A stretch of 53,645 nucleotides of DNA. It comes from a virus (Duplodnaviria > Caudoviricetes). Position 1 is the stretch's first letter. Each line of letters starts with the position of its first letter. The notes under the pieces are model-generated. The model was not told the origin of the DNA. It made no database searches and saw only the letters and a program-made list of their open reading frames with translations. The stretch lies in the IMG/VR virus record IMGVR_UViG_3300048033_000859, positions 1 to 53,645 of that record; one strand, given 5' to 3'. Made by a program: the position numbers and the translations under genes. This document shows positions 18,748-27,250 of this stretch, one piece after another.

Positions 18748-19475
18748 TAGTGGTCACCGTTCTTATGATCGTTGTACCTCGCCCATGCTGCCAAAGCGAT
18801 ACCGCCTATCGCACAGATTAAGAAGAGAGTTTTTAAGCTAGATGAGTAAGGCATTAGCCCCTCAAGCTGTGAGGACACTTCGTTCATTGCAGTTGCGGCC
18901 CCTGCTATACCAGCGCCAGCCATGGTCTTCGACTTAGTTAAAGGCTTCGTGGCTTTCTGCTCAACCTTCTGTGGCATCAAGTCCCCACCTCTAGCGGGTA
19001 ATGTAGCGTCCATAGAAAACAGCGCAGCCTCTGCAGTACGTCTACGAACTAGTCCTCTTATAACTTTAAGTTCCCCTCCAACTCGCGCTTTATTCCAGCG
19101 TAAAATTTGTTCAGGGACTTCGTCATACAGGCCCTTGTTAATTTTGCGCACAAGGGAAGACTTAGAGAAGTTAGCACCGCCAATGTTGAATACGAGTGAT
19201 ACCAAGGAATCAAATTGATTTTGGGTTAAGGGGACCTGTACATAACGCTTTACGTCATTCTCAAAGGTCTTCAAGTCTTCTGCTAGACGCTCTTCAGCCT
19301 CTTGCTCTGTGATACGCATTCCGCTGCGCACACCCTTCGTACTCCCAAATCCTATCGTCCACCGTCCAGCGATACAACGATATGAGTGGATTAGACCGTC
19401 TTCACCTTTTTTGGCTAGGCCCTCGAATGACTTGATTAAGTTCAGTCCTGTTTCTGAAATATGTTCAGGATGCAT
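18747..19475 (-). CDS. GH24 lysozyme endolysin with C-terminal hydrophobic extension
   Basis: LIKSFEG, WTIGFG, LTQNQFDSLVSLVFNIG, GLVRRR.AE motifs. Confidence 0.92.
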   Translation of the reverse strand: MHPEHISETGLNLIKSFEGLAKKGEDGLIHSYRCIAGRWTIGFGSTKGVRSGMRITEQEAEERLAEDLKTFENDVKRYVQVPLTQNQFDSLVSLVFNIGGANFSKSSLVRKINKGLYDEVPEQILRWNKARVGGELKVIRGLVRRRTAEAALFSMDATLPARGGDLMPQKVEQKATKPLTKSKTMAGAGIAGAATAMNEVSSQLEGLMPYSSSLKTLFLICAIGGIALAAWARYNDHKNGDH

Positions 19476-19518
19476 TTTTTTCCTCTTAGGCCCACCCAGA
19501 GATTAATTACCTACCACG

Positions 19519-20907
19519 TTAGCGACGATATTGTGACCTAGAGTACGGAGACATAATACCACGACGCCCACGGTTGTACGCAGGAGATAGGTTGCCCATG
19601 TTATAATTACCGCCGCCTTGGAATTGCATCAAAGTTGCATTCATTTGCTGCAGCATTTGGTTAATATTGTAATTTTCTTGATTGCGGAGTGCTCCACCAG
19701 CATCAAATTGTGCAATCAGTAGGTTGCCCTGCTCATCAATTGCACGGGCTGTGCGAGTACCCTGATCATCAACAGTATCTGAGATAAGCTCACCACTCTG
19801 ATTGAATGCGTTGGATAGCTGACCATAACTGTAGCGCATTTCTTGGCTCATGTTTGAACCCTGAGTCTGGATTAAAGTACGAATTGAGTTAAGCTGATAT
19901 GCCCACTCTTCTGCATTTTGAGGGCCACGTTCAACTTGCGTACTTACTCCAGTGGATACCTCTTTAGCAATTCGTGCATAGTCGATTTGACCTGCAGCCG
20001 CTGCAGGGTTAGCGTTCTGGACTGCCCGTTGAACTGCCGCCTCTACTTGCTCTAGGGTTAGCTGCCCATTAGCGCCAGAAGCTGCAGCCTGTGATGCAAC
20101 ATCATTATTACGAGCTAGATTTTGTTCAGTAGTCTCAAATCCAGCATTCATGTTGTTAGAGATATCGCCTAAGAAGTTTGACGTTACTGCGTAGTCTGTA
20201 CTGTACTGATCTTGGAATTCTGTGAGGCCTGTTTGCAGTCCTGCTTGCCCCTCTGAGAGGTCCTGTTGACCTGTAACCAGAGAGGAGAGTTGGGTGTTAG
20301 CACTATCCTGAAAGGTGGTTAGGGCGTCATTGATAGTTGTCTGGCCCCCTAAAATAGCTTCCTGCATAGCGGCACGATTGGTTTCTGCACTATCAAATCC
20401 AGTGTCCATAGACTCAAATCCAGTGGTGATGTCAGAACCCATAGTACCTAAAGTAGTTCCTACACCATCTAACTGCGTCCCCAGACCAGTAACACCTGTG
20501 TTAATATCGGCTATCGAACCGTCTAGAGTATCAAATCGTCCACCCATGGTATTAAAGCCTGAAGAGGTAGTACCCTCTAAGGTCCCAATCCGATTTTCGA
20601 TTCCCGATGTATCTACAGTTTGATTTACAACCTGTGTTTGAGGTATTGAAGCAATCTGTGCAGCTATATTTGACTGCCCAGTAGTCAGAGCCGCTTGGTT
20701 GCCAATAATCGTACCTTGATTGTCAGTCATGGTTTGCTGATTATCGGTAATAACACCCTGACCCGTTGTAAGGTTAGCGCCTACCTTTGCAGCCTCGTCA
20801 AATCCTGTATTAACTGCATTTGAGATAGTGGCTTGGTTATTCGTAATTGTAGCGGCCTGTTCATCGCCCAAGCCTGTCTGTTGTACAACTGTTTTTTTCT
20901 TAGACAT
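19519..20907 (-). CDS. Putative virion or ejection protein with low-complexity repeats
   Basis: 462 aa, Thr/Gly/Gln-rich, 7-residue repeats such as ITDNQQT/MTDNQGT. Confidence 0.5.
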   Translation of the reverse strand: MSKKKTVVQQTGLGDEQAATITNNQATISNAVNTGFDEAAKVGANLTTGQGVITDNQQTMTDNQGTIIGNQAALTTGQSNIAAQIASIPQTQVVNQTVDTSGIENRIGTLEGTTSSGFNTMGGRFDTLDGSIADINTGVTGLGTQLDGVGTTLGTMGSDITTGFESMDTGFDSAETNRAAMQEAILGGQTTINDALTTFQDSANTQLSSLVTGQQDLSEGQAGLQTGLTEFQDQYSTDYAVTSNFLGDISNNMNAGFETTEQNLARNNDVASQAAASGANGQLTLEQVEAAVQRAVQNANPAAAAGQIDYARIAKEVSTGVSTQVERGPQNAEEWAYQLNSIRTLIQTQGSNMSQEMRYSYGQLSNAFNQSGELISDTVDDQGTRTARAIDEQGNLLIAQFDAGGALRNQENYNINQMLQQMNATLMQFQGGGNYNMGNLSPAYNRGRRGIMSPYSRSQYRR

Positions 20908-21335
20908 TACATCCTGCCTCTGTGAATTTTTTCGGGGGTTTCTTTATTTACGCGAAGCCAATGAACTTTTTGTGGTCCATACAGTTTTTTGCAATGGTCA
21001 CTCATCTGTCGCCATACGGGGCGTAAATGCCCAAACGGAGCCAGCATCCATATCCCCCAAAGTTGATCCCCGCTTTCTTTGCGGTAATCCTCTAACGAAG
21101 GGTTAAACTCGCCGTTCTCAAATGCTTCAGCTTGTTCATTAGTAAACCAACACCAAGTCGTTAGACCTGCAGGACCAAGTATCCCATTTGGTTTCTCCGC
21201 GTAGTACAGTTTTGCATGTCCTGTGGTCAGCGGATTGATATAATCAGTGCAAAACTCTGCTACTGATACTTCGTTGGCAAAATCTGTGTGAGAGAACAGG
21301 TAAATGCCATCAAATACTTCCTGTGTAGAAGCCAT
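20907..21335 (-). CDS. HlyC/CyaC-like toxin-activating acyltransferase homolog
   Basis: G..TW.W and SGDQLW....LAPFGH motifs typical of RTX-activating lysine acyltransferases. Confidence 0.72.
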   Translation of the reverse strand: MASTQEVFDGIYLFSHTDFANEVSVAEFCTDYINPLTTGHAKLYYAEKPNGILGPAGLTTWCWFTNEQAEAFENGEFNPSLEDYRKESGDQLWGIWMLAPFGHLRPVWRQMSDHCKKLYGPQKVHWLRVNKETPEKIHRGRM

Positions 21336-21356
21336 GAGGTCCCCTTGTACATACTT

Positions 21357-21386
21357 ATTATAACCCCTTATACAGGGTCCTTACAA
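21357..21386 (-). promoter_or_regulatory. Sigma70-type promoter with GGACCCT spacer motif
   Basis: TTGTAA-N18-TATAAT on the minus strand upstream of the acyltransferase gene. Confidence 0.7.
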
Positions 21387-21416
21387 GGAAATACATACCT
21401 CTACACAGGTTTTTTA

Positions 21417-21827
21417 TTACGGAGCCGTAGGCCAATCACTATCCTCAAGGAGAGGCCAGTTGGCATGCTCAGTAATGTCCCGCAAAAAAGCACGATAGGT
21501 AACGTACTCAGCCGTTTCCTCATTAGTCAGTGCTACATCTGCAACCTGAGTCCAATCAGTTTCAGACAAGAGCATATTACGCTTGTGACGATTCATCGGT
21601 TCTGCGGCTGCTATGCGCAACTCTAAGAATTCCTCTTGTTGCTCTTCGTCTGTCATTGCACGGGCGTCATCCCCGTCGAGCATATAGCGTCCACCACACC
21701 CACCTTCAGGTGCGTCTACTAGACGTTGGTTTGTTTCTATTGTTTCAGGCTCTTCCATCAAAAGAGAGACTGATTTTGAGCGATTATCGTCGCCAAAGGT
21801 AATTAAAAGGTGCATTATTTTCTCCAA
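21417..21827 (-). CDS. Tail fibre assembly chaperone-like protein
   Basis: RN.LL..TDWTQ..D...YR..LRDI......WP..P C-terminal signature. Confidence 0.8.
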   Translation of the reverse strand: MEKIMHLLITFGDDNRSKSVSLLMEEPETIETNQRLVDAPEGGCGGRYMLDGDDARAMTDEEQQEEFLELRIAAAEPMNRHKRNMLLSETDWTQVADVALTNEETAEYVTYRAFLRDITEHANWPLLEDSDWPTAP

Positions 21828-21837
21828 GAATTAATAA

Positions 21838-22752
21838 TTATGCGGGGGTACGATCACCAAAAACCTTGGCGCAATCGTTGTACATTCTATAAATGCTGTT
21901 CTGAACGCCGTTGTTGTACATATTAGTTGTGTAAGAATTGTTCATGTACTGCGAGTACACTTGGGACATTTGCTGGTCACAGTGTAGTCCGGCATTAGTG
22001 AAGTTTTGCAGACTATGGAAATGGTTTACGTTGTGAGTTAGTCCACCGTTAGAAGATGAGGTCCACCACTGCGAATTTGCCATAACCATAATTGCCACAG
22101 TTTTGTTTGCAGGGAATGTCACATTCTGAATAGTGTCATTATACCAACTGTTATTGCCCGTCTGTCCCCAAATTTTTAGGTGCTGAACTTCGCTCACTTC
22201 ACTGTTGTTTATGCTGTCAGGAACAAACTGATGCAGGCTGGCACCTTCATATCCATTGTGCCACTTATTTGTGAAAATCATACCCACACCGATAGTAATA
22301 TTACTGGCTGTTGGGTTTCGTATCCACATAACATTGCTGGACCACGGAGTGTAGTCTTCGCCACTATACATAGTCTGGGTGTGTACTGAATGGCCCACCG
22401 TGCCGTGTACCGCTTGGCATTCAGTCCTGTGGGACATCTGTTCGCCAGTGTCAGGCTGGTTGCTACCTCTGGTCTGGCCTGTAGGGTTCCAAAAACCAAG
22501 CAAAGCATCTTGAGTATTATTACCGTAAACATAGAAATTGCCGTACTCAGGAAAACTATTATCCCACCGCCGAGCATCAGAATGATACCGCCTATTTTCA
22601 GAATAAAATGAGACAAAACTTGAAAGGGCTGGATACTGCGGATCAGGAGAGGTTTCTATACCATATTGACCTACAGCCGCTCCTACAGAGGCAGATGAGG
22701 AAGAACCCCCACCTTTAAGTTTGTTAATTTCGTTTAAAATATACAGATCCAT
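21838..22752 (-). CDS. Tail-associated paralog 3 (putative receptor-binding protein)
   Basis: Starts MDLYILNEINKL at a TAATG overlap; shares motifs with the two upstream ORFs. Confidence 0.65.
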   Translation of the reverse strand: MDLYILNEINKLKGGGSSSSASVGAAVGQYGIETSPDPQYPALSSFVSFYSENRRYHSDARRWDNSFPEYGNFYVYGNNTQDALLGFWNPTGQTRGSNQPDTGEQMSHRTECQAVHGTVGHSVHTQTMYSGEDYTPWSSNVMWIRNPTASNITIGVGMIFTNKWHNGYEGASLHQFVPDSINNSEVSEVQHLKIWGQTGNNSWYNDTIQNVTFPANKTVAIMVMANSQWWTSSSNGGLTHNVNHFHSLQNFTNAGLHCDQQMSQVYSQYMNNSYTTNMYNNGVQNSIYRMYNDCAKVFGDRTPA

Positions 22753-23675
22753 TATGTGTACTCCCAATTACCGTACATTCGGCCTATGTTGTTAAAGCAC
22801 TTTATAATGTTTGCGTTCCCACTTGGATTCTGTACGAAGGACGAATCGCACATTTTAGCATAGGCCTCTGTGGCCTTCATGTCGCACTCTACACCGTTAG
22901 TAATAGTTTGTGTTAGGTTGTAAAATCCATTAAAGTTGTAGGTCCATTCACCATTGCTGTAACCCGTCCAATTCTGACAGGAGTTACACAATACAACGGC
23001 AACTGTCCGTTTAGCAGGTATTGCTATACTCTGACCTTGGCTGTCTATCCAACTGCTGCCTGTTTTATCCCACTGAACCGATGAGGTTACACTAGTAACA
23101 TCTGTAAAATTTTCGGCATTCGGGGTATATAGAATAAGCGCAGCGCCATCGTGACCCGACTGCCATTTTATAGAAAAGTAAGAGTTAACATCAACACTTC
23201 TGGCTTGAGGGGTAGTGTTCCGCAAAAACATAATTCTAGAGATAAAAGGCGAGTAACTACCATCGTAGTTTTGGTTGCCGCCCATTATGGGAGACCCTAC
23301 AAATCGGTCACCCGCGAACTCAATCCCGTTAGGTGAGCCATTATTATTAGTGTGAGCCGTTACGTTTCTATATGCCCCGTTTTGGTTTTTTTGCATATCC
23401 ACCTTGGCGCGGGGAGCAAAGAATATCGCTTGCGCACTTTCAGCGTTATTCCCTCTACAGTAAAAAGAACCAATAGGAAGGCTTGATGTCCAGTTATAGC
23501 CTGGACCCGACCCCCGTTGGTTTTGTGCAACTACAGTGGCAACAGGCTTCAGCCTGTCAGTCGAGACAACGGCATCTGTATTATCTATAAATGCTGATCC
23601 TGAACCGCCACTAGAAGAAGATGGGCCATCTTTTAGTTGGCTAAGTTTATTCAGGAGAAATAAGTCCATATCCAT
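22752..23675 (-). CDS. Tail-associated paralog 2 (putative receptor-binding protein)
   Basis: MDLFLLNKLSQL N-terminus; YSPF...FLRN, W.SGHDG, PAKRT motifs. Confidence 0.65.
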   Translation of the reverse strand: MDMDLFLLNKLSQLKDGPSSSSGGSGSAFIDNTDAVVSTDRLKPVATVVAQNQRGSGPGYNWTSSLPIGSFYCRGNNAESAQAIFFAPRAKVDMQKNQNGAYRNVTAHTNNNGSPNGIEFAGDRFVGSPIMGGNQNYDGSYSPFISRIMFLRNTTPQARSVDVNSYFSIKWQSGHDGAALILYTPNAENFTDVTSVTSSVQWDKTGSSWIDSQGQSIAIPAKRTVAVVLCNSCQNWTGYSNGEWTYNFNGFYNLTQTITNGVECDMKATEAYAKMCDSSFVQNPSGNANIIKCFNNIGRMYGNWEYT

Positions 23676-23687
23676 ATTTTATTCTCC

Positions 23688-24569
23688 TTATGGGGTTTCT
23701 TGTGGGAAGTGCTCTGCGCAGCGGTTCCAGTACTGGAAAAAATTGTTGGTTTGACTTTGGTATTGAATACGCCCCTGATGTACTGTTTGGTACATATCAA
23801 GGTCAAACTCCAACCCCGCTCCTGCGAAAGTCTGCATGTTAAAGAACGTAGCAAGATCATTATACCAAGACTGTTGTGAGGTTCCTGACCAATAGTGGTT
23901 AGTGGATGCCATAAGTATTATAGAGGTTTTGTTTGCTGGTAGGTTTACGTTGGTGGCGTGGGTGTCATAATAGATAGACTGACCTGTGCGTTGCTCCACA
24001 CGGGACCAATTTAGGCCCGAAACCTGCGCTTTGTCTGTATCATTAGGAGTACCTATAGCAAGCCCCATTCCATCATGCCCAGAACCCCAATGGTTACTGT
24101 GTGCGTAGCGAAAGGTATGATTAATGTTATTGTTAGTAGGGTTCTTAATAAACAATGCTGTAACCCGAAAAGGGTTATAACTAGCGCCCCTGTCTAGACC
24201 TATGGTGTTATTCCACTCTCCTGCATGAGACATCTTCGCGTATCGTATTTCTGCCGGTCCACCTGGAGTAAAATTGTTTTGGGTAGAATCGTTATAAGCC
24301 ACGTTTCCTGTTAGGGCGTGGGCGTTAAACTCACAGTCATAATCATTTTCCATATAGGTGTAGAAGGATGTCGCTGGACCACTAGAAGACCAATTCCAGT
24401 TATCATAGTCCTGCCGTGCAACCCAGCGGGTAAGTGCGGGGGCCACAAAGGTTCTGTTTGACGTTCCATCCTGTCTGTCAGGAAGAAACATTCCTGCGAA
24501 GCCAGTTGGCCCAGAACTAGCCCCTCCCGATTCTAATTTATTAAGTTCGTTAAGGAGATAAAGGTCCAT
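23688..24569 (-). CDS. Tail-associated paralog 1 (putative receptor-binding protein)
   Basis: MDLYLLNELNKL N-terminus; YNPF...FIKNPT, W.SGHDG, PANKT motifs. Confidence 0.65.
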   Translation of the reverse strand: MDLYLLNELNKLESGGASSGPTGFAGMFLPDRQDGTSNRTFVAPALTRWVARQDYDNWNWSSSGPATSFYTYMENDYDCEFNAHALTGNVAYNDSTQNNFTPGGPAEIRYAKMSHAGEWNNTIGLDRGASYNPFRVTALFIKNPTNNNINHTFRYAHSNHWGSGHDGMGLAIGTPNDTDKAQVSGLNWSRVEQRTGQSIYYDTHATNVNLPANKTSIILMASTNHYWSGTSQQSWYNDLATFFNMQTFAGAGLEFDLDMYQTVHQGRIQYQSQTNNFFQYWNRCAEHFPQETP

Positions 24570-24586
24570 AACATGGTACTCCTATT

Positions 24587-25573
24587 TTATGAAATATCTT
24601 CAATTGCTTCGACCAAACCGTCTGCGTCTGTAATGACGTTATATACTTTAGTGACGGGCAACCCTCCGATCTCCACACTTTCGCGGAAACCTTCTAGGAA
24701 ACCATCTGCGTCATATGTGATGTTCCAAACCAGTTTTCCATTCGCTTTGATGGAAGAGAGGCGACCATCGGAATCATGTGAAATGTTTGTGGAAGAGATA
24801 GCACCTGTAAACAAAGTGGTGTCGATTTGTGCTTTTGTGTAAGAGGCTTCATCGCCTACATAAGTGGACAGACCATCTTCAAGACCTTGAAAACGCGCTT
24901 CAAATCCACCTTCAAATTCAGTCTGCTCTTTAGCAATGTCGCCAGCGAACTTAGTTCCATCAGTACGAATTGACTCTATGGCGGTGTTGATAGCCGCTAC
25001 CACAGTGCCATTGAGGTATGTCTCAAGACCGTCGATGAAGGCATTGACATCGCCCACAACAACATCAGCGAAATTATCATTGATATGGGTTTTAAAGTCG
25101 CTTGCGATAGAGTCTAGCTTTGTTGGAATCTCACGGGCTAGTGTATTGGTAAAGATGCCAACATTAGCAGAAAAGTCTGTTACAGTGATGTCTGCAACGG
25201 CTGACTTATCGGAGATAGGTGTAATTTCCACGCCAGATACGAAGATTGCAGCATTAGCTGCCATGGCAGAGTGCGCGGTACAGTAGTAGTACATTGTTTC
25301 TGGTGCATCAGAAGGTATTACAAAGGTAACTGTGGCCCCTGCAGAACCTACAGTACCAGAAGTTGTTACCCCTGTTGTATAGGCTGTTGAACCCGCTGCG
25401 TCAGCGGCAGTGGCAAAGCCCAGAGTGTGTGTTGCGTTTGAAGCGTCAGACACATCAAAAATGTATGTGTTTCCGCGAACTAGAAATAAATTGGGGGTCT
25501 TAGCACCGTCAACTTGGTAACGGTTACCTTCAGCATACGCCCCAACAGTGACATTATAATTAACCGTCGCCAT
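24587..25573 (-). CDS. Virion structural protein with cupredoxin-like N-terminal domain
   Basis: RGNTY.FD.SD.SN..H...P.DAP...YYYC..H..M motif, then a helical stalk and a small beta C-terminal domain. Confidence 0.7.
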   Translation of the reverse strand: MATVNYNVTVGAYAEGNRYQVDGAKTPNLFLVRGNTYIFDVSDASNATHTLGFATAADAAGSTAYTTGVTTSGTVGSAGATVTFVIPSDAPETMYYYCTAHSAMAANAAIFVSGVEITPISDKSAVADITVTDFSANVGIFTNTLAREIPTKLDSIASDFKTHINDNFADVVVGDVNAFIDGLETYLNGTVVAAINTAIESIRTDGTKFAGDIAKEQTEFEGGFEARFQGLEDGLSTYVGDEASYTKAQIDTTLFTGAISSTNISHDSDGRLSSIKANGKLVWNITYDADGFLEGFRESVEIGGLPVTKVYNVITDADGLVEAIEDIS

Positions 25574-25989
25574 TATGTAGTTTCCTCTGCATAGAATGTT
25601 TCTAAAATTGTGTCCCCGAATGTCTCTAGGGAACGCTCACCAATCTGCACCTGACCGTGCCAATCGATGTTCTCTGAGTCCTTGTGGCGAATTTTCCACC
25701 AGCTTTCGGAACCAAAGGGGATTCTCCCGTAGGAGATAGCCCGTGTGACGTACATCATGTCATCATCTGTAGAGACAACGTCCATAACGTCATTGGCTGC
25801 TTGTGTTAGTTTTTCAACTAACTCATCGTATCCTGTAACTCGCGCTTCATCGTCCATAATTTCTAACGACTTAACGACTACGATTACTTCGCGAACTGAA
25901 GGTGTATCCAGCATTGAAGATAGCTTTGTGATAGCCTTTTCTGCAGTTGCTGTTTTTAAATTCCAGTAGGCTAATGTTTTCTCTGCCAT
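25573..25989 (-). CDS. Hypothetical tail-module protein
   Basis: 138 aa, coupled to neighbours. Confidence 0.65.
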   Translation of the reverse strand: MAEKTLAYWNLKTATAEKAITKLSSMLDTPSVREVIVVVKSLEIMDDEARVTGYDELVEKLTQAANDVMDVVSTDDDMMYVTRAISYGRIPFGSESWWKIRHKDSENIDWHGQVQIGERSLETFGDTILETFYAEETT

Positions 25990-25990
25990 C

Positions 25991-27250
25991 TTAAATTAAA
26001 CTCCCAATTAGACGCTGTGAGTACTGAGAAGAATCATACAAAATAGAGACTTGAGCCGCCTTAGTTACTGCAATGTCTCTTGCTAGGTTCGACTGATCCC
26101 GTGCAGCGAATGTTTCATCACGAAAGCCCTCTGTTTCGTTCCGAAAGTATAAGGTCTCATCACGGTAAGTGAGGGCGTTATCTCTTGCTGCCTCTGCCTG
26201 TGCTAGACTTGATGCAATTCCATCTTCTGATGAACTGAGGACTTGGTTAAAGTAGGCAAGACTAAGGGCGTCTGCCAAATCGACGGGATCAGCAACATTC
26301 GAGATACGAGTGTTTTGGGCGTCTACAGGACCTGTGTGGGTGCCTGTTGAATTGCCTGACAGGTTACCTGAAACATCACCTTGATGAGAACCAATAGTTG
26401 GCCCTGTGTGTGTTCCCTGAGTATCGCCTAGTAAATCGCCTGTAAAAGTTGCTGTGACACTTACAGCGGTGATATCTGTGGCAGTAATATCGCCAAATAC
26501 AGAATCCCCAGTAGATGTAATATTCCCAGTTACGTTGCCTGTTACTGAGCCTATGAAGCTAGCATCGGTGCCATCTGTTCCGTTGTTAAGGATGAGAGTA
26601 TCATCAGGGGAGTATATATCACCTTTAAAATTACCAGTAGCATTACCAAGCAAGTTACCAAAGATGGAATGCCCATTATCTACTGGCGTAGCTGTTACAG
26701 TATCAGCCGTAATATCGGTAGCTGTAATCGCGGCTGGGGTATTAGCCCCTAACTCTCCGTCTAATGTACCAGCAACAAAGGACCCTGACAAGTATAAATT
26801 TCTAAATGGGGAACTAGATGATCCGATATCTGAGGCGGCACCGTCTGGGATTATATGTCCCTGTGGGGTGAACGCGGCAAATTCGTGCCATTGGGCAGAG
26901 CCCACAGTGTTGTCTGTGCAGATGAATACCCGACGAGTAGTCACGTTTATCCACATACTACCAACTGCATACCCATCATCTGTATCATCTAGACCATTAG
27001 GATTTTCAGTGGCAGTGGCATTATTGAGGCCACCAGAACCGCCATGTGTCGCAGGTAGGTATCCATCTACGGACCCTACAAGATTGATCTTTGGTGCATT
27101 ACCCAGAGTGCCATCGTGAGAATGACCATCAGAACCGTCAAACGCTGTTTGTATTGCGTTAAGTTCAGCATTAATTGGGGGAGCGGTAATATTCTCCCCG
27201 TTAACAATGTCGGCAATGGAACGCCGTGTATACCCAGACCCTGCAGCCAT
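25991..27250 (-). CDS. Tail fibre (proximal/adaptor) protein
   Basis: Follows the tail tubular genes; GYTR and H.HDG N-terminus, GxxxG repeats, I.NVADP...DA motif, C-terminal heptad repeats. Confidence 0.72.
   Translation of the reverse strand: MAAGSGYTRRSIADIVNGENITAPPINAELNAIQTAFDGSDGHSHDGTLGNAPKINLVGSVDGYLPATHGGSGGLNNATATENPNGLDDTDDGYAVGSMWINVTTRRVFICTDNTVGSAQWHEFAAFTPQGHIIPDGAASDIGSSSSPFRNLYLSGSFVAGTLDGELGANTPAAITATDITADTVTATPVDNGHSIFGNLLGNATGNFKGDIYSPDDTLILNNGTDGTDASFIGSVTGNVTGNITSTGDSVFGDITATDITAVSVTATFTGDLLGDTQGTHTGPTIGSHQGDVSGNLSGNSTGTHTGPVDAQNTRISNVADPVDLADALSLAYFNQVLSSSEDGIASSLAQAEAARDNALTYRDETLYFRNETEGFRDETFAARDQSNLARDIAVTKAAQVSILYDSSQYSQRLIGSLI

Noticed and set aside
21838-24569. 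Diversity-generating retroelement or invertase shuffling of the three tail paralogs
   Set aside because: No reverse transcriptase, template/variable repeat pair, invertase or flanking inverted repeats seen; all three share one orientation.
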